A DNA stretch of 62,896 bases, the filler included, from Vannella sp. (Eukaryota): the NCBI GenBank assembly GCA_023345925.1. It is 5 parts of 5 records of this genome, joined end to end, with 100 filler letters (N's around TTAATTAATTAA, not from the genome) between each part and the next. Parts side by side here need not be neighbours in the genome. Positions count along the whole stretch, not along the records: positions 13,752 to 29,693 come from JAJQQN010000316.1; positions 29,794 to 41,777 come from JAJQQN010000471.1; 3 more parts are not named here. One strand, written 5' to 3'. Position 1 is the first letter of the stretch, and each line of letters opens with the position of its first letter. Made by a program: the position numbers and the translations under genes. The notes under the pieces are model-generated. The model was not told the DNA's origin. It did not search any database and saw only the letters and a list, made by a program, of their open reading frames with translations. Positions 24,901 through 33,771 of the stretch are shown one piece after another.

Positions 24901-25501
24901 CTCATGACCCCGTTGCCGCAGAACGATTCTACAACATGGGTAAGTCACTCACACGGGCCAATAGCTTGTTCTCACTTTCTTGCAGCGATTACAAAGTATG
25001 AAGAGGCATTAGATACCAACCCGAATGACTACCAGGCCTTGATACGATGCGCTGAGATTGCGGTCCAATTTATTGAAGGTCACGCTCGTGGTGTAGCAGC
25101 GATGAAGTACAGTATTGAGACTGTAAGGGCAGAAACTGAACGTTAAGCACTGACTAACTCACTACCTGCCACAGCCCCAAGTACAATACGCCAATATGCT
25201 TTATCAACGCGCTGCAACGGCCAATCCCAACGACTCTTATGGCCTCTATCGCTATGCTCAGTTCCTAGACAAATGCAACATGCCAGGGCCTGCCGAAGAA
25301 ATGTTCCTCCGCTCTCTCGAAGCAGACCCCGAGAACGTCGCTTGTCTCCAAGAATACGGAAACTTCCTTTCCGAAAACTCCCAACACGACGTCGCCGAGC
25401 TCTTCTACGTCCGCGGATCCGAACTAGCTCAAGAATACCTCCCACTAGGCACCACACAAGACCCCTTTCCGGCCTTCCCCGGCCGCGCCCAAAAGACATA
25501 A
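21969..25501 (+). CDS. Clu-domain protein with N-terminal anchor, long disordered region and C-terminal TPRs
   Basis: AAKVAGHEIKG, LVDYRGFRLIAMS, DLEGHLGTDNRFYLLDFSR.LPP, LLRPE, HRQGINVRYIG, EMAAR; TPR exons after 24985 and 25173. Confidence 0.85.
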
Positions 25502-25512
25502 CCGAAGGTGAA

Positions 25513-27341
25513 ATGAACATTTCCTTAAAAGGCAACTCCGTATTCATTGGCTGTTGGGATGGCGCTCTTGGTGAGGGTCAGCGCCAACGACTCGACTGGG
25601 GACGGGGCGCGGGCTTTGCCCTTTGCTTTCACGGAGTGAGAAGGGGAGAGGAGACGGGGAGGGTGCTGATGAGCGGGAGCAGGGAGGGAAAGACTTTCTA
25701 TTCGTCGTCGGGGTTGTTGTTGGAGTCTGCGCTGGTTTCGGAGTCTCTTTGTGTGACTTCTGGGTTCTTTCTTTCGGTTTTCATGCGGAAGAATGAGAAG
25801 GGGCTTCTCTGTCTTCCAGAGGGCACCTCCATTGAAGTCATGTTGGACAACGGACACTTTCAGTGGATCCCCGCTCGCGTACACGCCATACGAGAGGTCC
25901 CAGCCATTTCAAGAACATTCCAAAAGTTGACTCAAAGCTCTTCATCGTGGTATACGGGCTGGTTACCCGAGCAAGGTAGCTCCAATGCCCCCTTAAGCAC
26001 GCCCATCGCCGCAGATTCGCCCTTCCTGTCTGGATTGCGGCCTTTCTCAAGAAGTCACCAGCTTGTTTCAAGTTTGGTCTTTCTTCTTTTCAGCGCACCT
26101 ACAAAAGGGGTGCAAAGGAGGAAGGAGGAGCACATGGACCCAATCATTGGGACTCCCGTCGAAGCCGTTGGCTCGCCCTTTGGGCTGACATCGCCAGCAA
26201 TCTTCTTGAACTCTCATACGCAAGGAATTATAAGCAATCATATCCGTCAGACACCTCACAACGGGCCTGCTGATGTGTATTTGGTGGACACGCGCGTGGT
26301 TCCGGGGCAGGAAGGAGGAGGTCTCTTTGACCTTTCCGGTCGCTTATTGGGAATGCTTTTACCTCCCATTCGTTCCCGTTCAGATTATATTGCCTTCAAT
26401 TTTGCCCTGCCAATGAGGCACATTTGGGATGCCTTGGAGAATCCCTCTTTGAATCCTCCTTTATCCTCGCCCCTTTCCTTGCCTCTACCGACTCAGCAAG
26501 CAAATATTGCTTTAGAAAAAGCCATGCGCTCGTTAGTCCTTCTCAAATGTGGAACATCTTGGACTTCGGGCTTCATCTATCACAAGGACGGCTTTGTTAT
26601 CACAAACGCGCATCTTTTCGGGACCACTGCTCAGCGTGCAGAAGCTAAATCGGCCTCTGTCAAAGTCCGTATTGATTACCCAAGGTAAGAGGAGACTTCC
26701 CATTTCATAACGCAATTGACAAAGGAGTTAGTCGGCGCTGGAGACCTGCGAAGGTTCTTTTTGCTTCTACTTCCGTTCTAGACGTTGCTATTGTCCAGAT
26801 TATCAGTTCTGGGGGAAAGCACGAAGATCAAGATGAGTTGTGGCCATGCAAAGTCTCTTTTGAACCCCAAAACGCGGGCAATCCGGTCTGGGCTTTGGGT
26901 CATGGAGTCTGGGGAGGGAACCAAGAACTTGCCCCTTCCCTTACAAAAGGGATCATATCAAAGATAGTCTCTCTGGAAGGGAAGCCCTCCATGATCCTCA
27001 CGGACACAGCAATCCACAAAGGCAATTCCGGCGGAATGCTTTTGTCCCCCAACGGAGCTGTTTTGGGATTGGCTGCTTTCAACGCCTCCGTGACTCAGCC
27101 CAACGGAGGCCCATCCATGAGCATGCCTCAGCTGAACTTCTCTTTTCCTCTGGAATTCCTGCGCCCCATCCTGACCGTCCCTTTCGACGAGAAAGTGGCT
27201 GAGCACTTTCTGCACCCATCAGAAGACCTGATAGCTCTCTGGAAACTCAGTCTAGGAGGACCTACTGACAGAGTAATCGCAGAACGCAAGCCCGTCGCGC
27301 CGGAGTACCGCAAGTACATCGAAGTGGCCAGTAAATTGTAA
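25513..27341 (+). CDS. TYSND1: Peroxisomal leader-peptide processing protease (TYSND1/DEG15 family)
   Basis: Two trypsin-like modules; triad ITNAHL / LDVA / HKGNSGG; ends in PTS1 SKL; intron ~26685-26730. The start could alternatively be Met 25668. Confidence 0.85.
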
Positions 27342-27476
27342 CTCTTTCGCTTGCACTTTAAACCAGAGGCATCACTGCACACCATCGGTCTTATTGTTAT
27401 GGAATCCACGAACAAAGCGCAAGAAGAAGCGGGTCTCGATTGGGAGGAAGAATGAATATACAAGTCACTCACTCAA

Positions 27477-28860
27477 TCAGACACTTTGGTTCCTTTGCGG
27501 GCTGACGGGGGGAGTTTGGAGGAGAGACTCTAAGATCCCAATAAGGTTATGCAAGCCTAGTAAGTACCCGTCGTCTATCTCAGCGGCATGAGCAGCAGGG
27601 AAGGTATGGGAGAAGTCGATCATCTTCAATCGGACATCTGGCGTTGATGCTGCGCCGTCGTACACTAATAAGAGCGAGGTGGAGTAGAATCGAAACTCTC
27701 TCCGTTGTACAACCTGCTGTACATCCCTTAGCTTCTCAAGAAAGACCTCCACGACGTCGGTGCGGAGCTCTCTCCCGTTCTGGAAGAAGCGCATGAAGGC
27801 TAACGGCATGTTACTCTCTGTCAGACGTCTTCCCTCATACTTGTGTAGCTGCCAGAACTCAGAGACCTCTATAGAGTAGCCCTTCCATAAGGTTAGCACT
27901 TCTTTCGACCCTCCCTGGGCAGAGAGCTGTACCTGGCAGCCACAAACGCGTAAGCCAGTAGAGAACGATGTAGTTCGCTTTGACTTGAGGATCTGGCTCG
28001 CTTTCTTGGCTTCTGTGGCGTCATCGCCGTACGCGCGCTGGCCCATCTTCAAGTCCATGATGCAGGGACGGTGGCAACCGCTTGTGAGATCACGCATGAC
28101 TAAATAACGTAGATTCAAGAAGTTAAGGAGAGTATGAGTCGCTCAGTAGAGGAGGAGAGGGAGAGAGACGAAGGAGGAGGATATGATGTGGACGGGAAGG
28201 AAGAGCTCGCTCCAGGTGGCCCTGATGAAGCTTCTCTGCCCAAGGAGTGATGTAATGGTCCGTGTCGTGAGAGTCAAACGCCTTGACAGAGGCAGCAAAG
28301 CGTCGTACGTCGTCCGGCGGGAACTCCACACAACCCAGGAACTCGGGAAGGAACATAGCGTAGTGAGGGTAGTCAGGCGCGCAGAGATAGAACCAAAGCT
28401 CCCGGGGAACCACTGGCTTGCACAGGAGGCCGCTGTCAGCCTTAAGGAAAGGATCGTGGCCCGCCACTTGAAAGCCAAAGGGAGAGGTGATGTGCAACGG
28501 CGCCTCGTACATGGGCACTTCAAAGCCTTCCAGAATGTTGTAGCACTCGTAGTCGTAGCCCGCACCACGGGCGTTCGGGTCCTCGTTCTGCTTGCGAATG
28601 GGAACGGGGGTCAAAAAGTCGTCGCAGCCGAGCGCTCCGGTCGATAACGTGAGCTCTGAAGCTCTAATTGTGTCCCTTCTTGTATCTGTCTCACTCCTCC
28701 TGCTCCCGTTCATCCCCTCTGCCCCACCTTGTGTGTCACCAGCTCCAATCTCCGCCAGGATGCCCAGCCGACCGTCCCCTTCGAGGACCAACAAATTATG
28801 GTCCAACTCACCAAAGTCATCTTTCTGGCCTCCTCTGCGTAAGGAGGCAATGAGATTCAT
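27477..28860 (-). CDS. Inositol polyphosphate kinase (IP6K/IPMK family)
   Basis: FQVAGH, PCIMDLKMG, STSLLL and MIDF motifs across two ORF blocks joined by introns. Confidence 0.9.
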
Positions 28861-28935
28861 GCAAGAAGTGAAGTGTCACTTACCTCCTGGCAAGTGAGTC
28901 GAGAGAATTCACCTCTCTCCGTGCGATCTGGCTCT

Positions 28936-29086
28936 GTGGTTTGGTAGAATGGTCTAAGCGGCTCCGTCTTATTAGCTTAGGCTATAAGAAGGAGTACTGA
29001 GTAGTACTGAACGAAGTGCTGGAACGTTCGGCCTCATGCTCTGCCTCTGGTCAGGACATGCAGGTCCGAATACCTCACTGCCACCA
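28936..29086 (+). other. Possible degenerate tRNA-like / Pol III element
   Basis: GTGGT...GCCACCA ends; A-box-like TGGTAGAATGGTCTAAG (28942); imperfect B-box GGTCCGAATAC (29063); oversized middle region. Confidence 0.25.
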
Positions 29087-29346
29087 GTGTCTCTCTAATA
29101 ATAACATATGAATTAAGGTTTAGCGCACTCTTCTCCATCCCATGAGAACGTACTGCGAAATACAGCAAGTACAGGTGGGGGATGCTGATCTCGTGTTCCA
29201 AGGTCTCTGTTGCCCCATAGTCAGCAGCAGAGAAGGTTAGGGATACTCGAAATTATATTGTTGGTATCTGCTACGTGGTAGATGTGAATCAAGGGCTTCT
29301 TGCCCACCAGACCTTGGTGACAGAGTTTCATTGACTGGTCTCACCA

Positions 29347-29460
29347 GATGCTATGTTACTCGCAACTGAATGCTTCATAGTGGTTCGTCGTACATATTCA
29401 GTTGCGATGCTATGTTACTCGCAACTGAATGCTTCATACGTTGGTCAACCCTCGAACCAC
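29347..29460. repeat. 33-nt direct repeat with an inverted core copy between; imperfect hairpin
   Basis: gatgctatgttactcgcaactgaatgcttcata at 29347 and 29406; attcagttgcga (29396-29407) is the reverse complement of tcgcaactgaat; gtggttcg (29380) pairs with cgaaccac (29453). Confidence 0.85.
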
Positions 29461-29693
29461 CAATCAGAGCGTTGAATTTCCTGGGAAGGAGAAAATCGAG
29501 AGTAGGATACCTCCAGCAAAGGCAGTCAAACTCTCAAAAAGAATCAGACCAAAAGCTGAAGCGTGCTGGTTAGCTGAACGAAAGCACGTTTGAGGTCAGT
29601 CTATCCGATCAGGAAGGAGGGAAGTGAGGGGGAAGTAAAGAACCATAATTTTCCAGATGGCATGAACGCAAGGGTATCTATACCTATCTTCTG

Positions 29694-29793
29694 NNNNNNN
29701 NNNNNNNNNNNNNNNNNNNNNNNNNNNNNNNNNNNNNTTAATTAATTAANNNNNNNNNNNNNNNNNNNNNNNNNNNNNNNNNNNNNNNNNNNN
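29694..29793. other. Artificial contig linker
   Basis: N44-TTAATTAATTAA-N44. Confidence 0.98.
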
Positions 29794-29898
29794 GGCGCAC
29801 ACCTCCTTTTTCTCTCTGGAACTACATTTTTTGATTCACGGCAAGAGACGTTTCTTTTTCTTTCTTAGGTAGGCCCATCGTTTGGGAATTCATTTTTC

Positions 29899-31128
29899 AT
29901 GCTGCTCAGGCGAGGGGTTATCTCCTTTCGTAGTGGGAGGGGATTGCAACTAAACAGGCTGCTGTCTTGCAGGATCTCCCAGAAGAGTGAAGTTCCTTCG
30001 TACGAAACTCTCTCCCAATCAGTCTTGGAGTCGTTGTTGGCTGAGGAGTGCGCAGAGGAGACTGCGATGCCCGAAGAGGCTTCTTTTCAGGATCATGAAG
30101 ATAACCTCTTAGTTGAGGAGGTCCAGATCCATGAAGGTTCATATGAGGATGCCCCAAAGCCCCTCTCTGTGACCGTCAGTGGGCTGGAGGATTGTGTGGC
30201 GGAGCGCCAGCTTGACGACGCTTTGCGGATCTTCCACCGCCTCCAAGACGAACAAATTCGTATCAGCGGGTCTCTGCAAGAGAAGTTGATCAACTTGTGC
30301 TATTCCTCGAGCCACCGCTTCGAATACGCGGTGAAGCTGATCGAGGTCAAAACCAAACTTGGCTTAGAGCCGTTCTCCCGCAACCCCACAAGTTCCCAAT
30401 CCATTCCCAGCGATCCGCTGAAGGCCTTCGACCACCTTCTGCGAGAGTCTAACGCGCGCTTCTTAGAAATGGCCAAGGACGATCCTCTGCAAGCATTGTC
30501 CATGTTTGGAGAGTTGTTTGACATTCAGCCCAAGGTGGAAGCCTTGTCATTCCAGACTATGATAGGGAACTTATCCCCCCTGTACCTCACCAAACTCAAG
30601 TTTGCTATCCGAGCCAGAAAGCCTTCTGTGGAAGCGAATGTTAAAATTCCGGGGAGGACCGGATCTGGATCTCGGGATTCTCATTTTAAGGGGTTCCGTC
30701 CTCTTCCTACCGTCCCCGAGCTTTCTTTAGTGAAGGTGAAACCAATCCCGCCGGCACTTTTGTCTGTTTTAGAGGATCCTCAGACCCAGGCTGGGTGGGA
30801 GGTGTTTGTCCGGCACCTCCCTGACATTAAGGAGTTGGCAGAACCACTTCAAACCTTCCATTCAGTGAGGGATATCTTTCAGGGACAGGAAAATTCAGTT
30901 TCTTTGCCAACCAACCGCTCTGAGTTACTGATTAAGCATTTACAACAACTGCAACGCTTCACTTCAGAAGCGAACAGGTTGAAGAACTCGAAAGACTCTC
31001 GAAAGGGAGAGAAAAAAGCCAAACTATCTGGCAACCAACGAGCCGGAGAAGCAAAGTCAGCGCCTTCCAAAAGTGCAGCTCCCGCCCGGAAACCAACAAA
31101 GCGGAGAAAGATCAAAGCGAAGCAATAG
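29899..31128 (+). CDS. Hypothetical protein with putative mitochondrial presequence, PPR-like helix pair and basic tail
   Basis: Intronless 409-aa ORF; Arg-rich acid-free N-terminus MLLRRGVISFRSGRGLQLNRLLS; QLDDALRIFHRLQDEQIR resembles a PPR motif. Confidence 0.55.
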   Translation: MLLRRGVISFRSGRGLQLNRLLSCRISQKSEVPSYETLSQSVLESLLAEECAEETAMPEEASFQDHEDNLLVEEVQIHEGSYEDAPKPLSVTVSGLEDCVAERQLDDALRIFHRLQDEQIRISGSLQEKLINLCYSSSHRFEYAVKLIEVKTKLGLEPFSRNPTSSQSIPSDPLKAFDHLLRESNARFLEMAKDDPLQALSMFGELFDIQPKVEALSFQTMIGNLSPLYLTKLKFAIRARKPSVEANVKIPGRTGSGSRDSHFKGFRPLPTVPELSLVKVKPIPPALLSVLEDPQTQAGWEVFVRHLPDIKELAEPLQTFHSVRDIFQGQENSVSLPTNRSELLIKHLQQLQRFTSEANRLKNSKDSRKGEKKAKLSGNQRAGEAKSAPSKSAAPARKPTKRRKIKAKQ

Positions 31129-31166
31129 AAAGTAACATCACTCAAAACCACCTTGAGGAATCTGTA

Positions 31167-33677
31167 TTACAACCCCTGAGGGCGATTGGGAGGCAGAGGA
31201 GGGCCAGCAGCGGAGGAAACAAGACTTGAAAGGAGATTTGCTGGTTTGGGGGGAACCGAAGGAGGCTCTCCTACCAAAGGGGCCACCTCCACCTGTTCGT
31301 CATCGATAGGTGGATTTGGTTCGTCTTTGAAAACCTCTTGGTTGTGGGCAATGAGAGCTTGGAAGACCCGATTCGCGTGTCCGGAATCGCTCATCTGTGC
31401 CATGATGTCATTTCCAGGTGGGCGCAAAACGTTTGGAGCAAATACGATGGCAATGTTGGAAGGAGTCATCTTGTTGACATCACTTTGTTGGCTAACGGTG
31501 CAGAGGAAAGCCAGAAGGTACTTGAAGATGATCCGACATCGCATGGGAAGCTCTTTCAAAGCTTCTTTAAGTGCCTGAATAAGCTGAGATTCATTCTCTC
31601 TATGCTCAACAGCAGCAGAAATGAAGGAATGATAGTGGTCATAGGGAATGATTGGTTCCGGCAAGTCTCGCAGGAATTGCTTGAGAATACTGGCAACCAA
31701 GTGAATATCTACGTCGACAAAGCGAGTAGTTCCTGTCTCAAGCTTATTAATCCAAACCTTAATATCACTGGTTGATCCTGAGACACGGAAGAGACCTTCC
31801 ACTTGGATACCGTGCTCTTCAAAGTAATTCACACAACTTTGGATCACAAGAGGGATGCGGAGATCTTCCAAATCCAAAGGGACGCCAAAAAGCTTGGTAA
31901 CAGCTCCCGGAGATGGAGGGGCGGCAACACCAACTTGCCTTAAGGAGCCAACTAAGTCCGTTTGAAGTTTCAGTCCCATTTTCTTGGCCTGTTGGAACTG
32001 CTGCTGCCAAGTGGACGAATTCGCCACCGGCGATGTGGATGGTGCAGCTCGAGTGTTTGCAGGATGGAAAAGACCTTCTGGTTTTTCCGGGACTGTCGGT
32101 AGAGAGCCGTCATCGGTTCTTTGTTCCACCAAAAGCTCTTCCTCTGGTGGGTCTGGCTCATCTTTGAATATGTCTTGGTGGCGTACAATCAGTGCTTGAA
32201 AGATCCGATTGGCATGTCCAGAATCGCTCATCTGAGCCATAATATCCTTTGGCCGAAGCACATTCGGGGCAAACACGATTGCAATGTTCGAAGGAGTCAT
32301 CTTATTGACCTCACTCTGCTCGCTAACGGTACAAAGGAAGGCCATGAGGTACTTAAAAATGATGCGGCATCGCATTGGAAGCTCTTTCAGTGCATTTTGA
32401 AGAGCCAAAACCAACTCTTCGTCACCCTCTGATGAATCAGCAGCAGAAATGAAAGTGTGATAGTTATCAAAGGGAATGAGCGGTTCAGGCAAGTCGCGCA
32501 AGAACTGCTTGAGAATACTGGCGACAACATGGACATCCACATCCTCTACAAAGCATGAAGCACCCGTCTCGAGCTTTTTGATCCACAATTTGACATCCCC
32601 AGCAGACCCAGAGACACGGAAGATACCTTCTACCTTCACACCATGCTCTTCAAAGTAACTCACGCAACTTTGGATGACCAGAGGGACGCGGAGGTCTTCC
32701 AAATCCAACGGGACTCCAAATAGTTTCGGTGAGATTGGCGCTGGCGCCGGGGCAGCCCATAAGGACCCTACCAAGTCAGTTTGAAGCTTCAATCCCATCT
32801 TCTTGGCTTGTTGGAACTGCTGTTGCCACGTCAAGGTCTCTTCGGTTGTACTGGGCGAAGTGGAGAGTACCCCACGCTCTGGAGTGGACTGGAAGAGACC
32901 AACTGGCTTCTCTGGGATAGGAGGAAGAGGATCGTCCAGCAAAAGGGGCTCTTCTTCGGTCCTTAAGGGTAGTTCCGGTGCAGGAGGGTCGGGTTCGTCC
33001 TTGAAGACCTCCTCGCGGTGAGCAATCAGTGATTGGAACACTCGGTTGGCATGTCCTGAGTCGCTCATCTGTGCCATAATGTCGTTTCCAGGCGGCCGCA
33101 GGATATTTGGGGCAAAGACGATCGCGATGTTGGGCGGAGTCATCTTGTTGACCTCGCTCTGTTTACTAACAGTACAGAGGAAGGCCAAAAGGTACTTGAA
33201 GATGATGCGACAGCGCATGGGAAGCTCTTTCAACGCTTCTTGAAGGCAGAGACGGAGCTGCTCGTCGTTCCCTTTGGTCTCTACGGAAGCAGAGATGAAT
33301 GAATGGTAGTTATCAAAGGGTACAAGAGGCTCCGGAAGGTCTCGGAGGTACTGCTTGAGGATGCTAGCCACCAGATGGATATCGACGTCAACAAAGCTTG
33401 TTGTCCCAGTCTCCAGCTTGTAGATCCACGTCTTCACATCGCTTGCTGATGCAGATACACGGAAGAGTCCTTCAACTCCTACGCCGTGCTGCCCAAAGTA
33501 CTCGACGCAGCTTTGGATGACGAGAGGGATGCGGAGGTCCTCCAAGTCCAGAGGTACTCCAAAGAGCTTTGTGTGAGGTGCAGCATCTTGCGCTATCGGT
33601 GACTGCCACAGAGAACCCACCAAGTCGCCCTGAAGCTTCAAACCCAGCTCCTTCGCCTGCCCCAACTTCTGCCACAT
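31167..33677 (-). CDS. Protein with three tandem RhoGAP domains (intronless)
   Basis: Three ~280-aa units, each KLFGVPL..IPLVI..EG(L/I)FRVS..LKQ(Y/F)LRDLPEP..VNKMTP.NIAIVFAPN; all arginine fingers are intact. Confidence 0.93.
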   Translation of the reverse strand: MWQKLGQAKELGLKLQGDLVGSLWQSPIAQDAAPHTKLFGVPLDLEDLRIPLVIQSCVEYFGQHGVGVEGLFRVSASASDVKTWIYKLETGTTSFVDVDIHLVASILKQYLRDLPEPLVPFDNYHSFISASVETKGNDEQLRLCLQEALKELPMRCRIIFKYLLAFLCTVSKQSEVNKMTPPNIAIVFAPNILRPPGNDIMAQMSDSGHANRVFQSLIAHREEVFKDEPDPPAPELPLRTEEEPLLLDDPLPPIPEKPVGLFQSTPERGVLSTSPSTTEETLTWQQQFQQAKKMGLKLQTDLVGSLWAAPAPAPISPKLFGVPLDLEDLRVPLVIQSCVSYFEEHGVKVEGIFRVSGSAGDVKLWIKKLETGASCFVEDVDVHVVASILKQFLRDLPEPLIPFDNYHTFISAADSSEGDEELVLALQNALKELPMRCRIIFKYLMAFLCTVSEQSEVNKMTPSNIAIVFAPNVLRPKDIMAQMSDSGHANRIFQALIVRHQDIFKDEPDPPEEELLVEQRTDDGSLPTVPEKPEGLFHPANTRAAPSTSPVANSSTWQQQFQQAKKMGLKLQTDLVGSLRQVGVAAPPSPGAVTKLFGVPLDLEDLRIPLVIQSCVNYFEEHGIQVEGLFRVSGSTSDIKVWINKLETGTTRFVDVDIHLVASILKQFLRDLPEPIIPYDHYHSFISAAVEHRENESQLIQALKEALKELPMRCRIIFKYLLAFLCTVSQQSDVNKMTPSNIAIVFAPNVLRPPGNDIMAQMSDSGHANRVFQALIAHNQEVFKDEPNPPIDDEQVEVAPLVGEPPSVPPKPANLLSSLVSSAAGPPLPPNRPQGL

Positions 33678-33771
33678 CGGCTTGAGAGAAAATGAAATTT
33701 TTTGCCCTCCTGCATGGCCCGAAGGGCTCCCTTTTAACTCATAAACATTCACTTAGCAAGTGTCTCTTCAT

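Noticed and set aside
25273..25512. Arg-rich N-terminal extension of ORF 25273-26688 as an overlapping gene
   Set aside because: It is the alternate frame of the Clu-protein TPR exon.
29347..29438. 33-nt repeat / 26-nt spacer / 33-nt repeat as a mini CRISPR array
   Set aside because: Only two copies, the spacer contains an inverted piece of the repeat, the context is eukaryotic and there are no cas genes.
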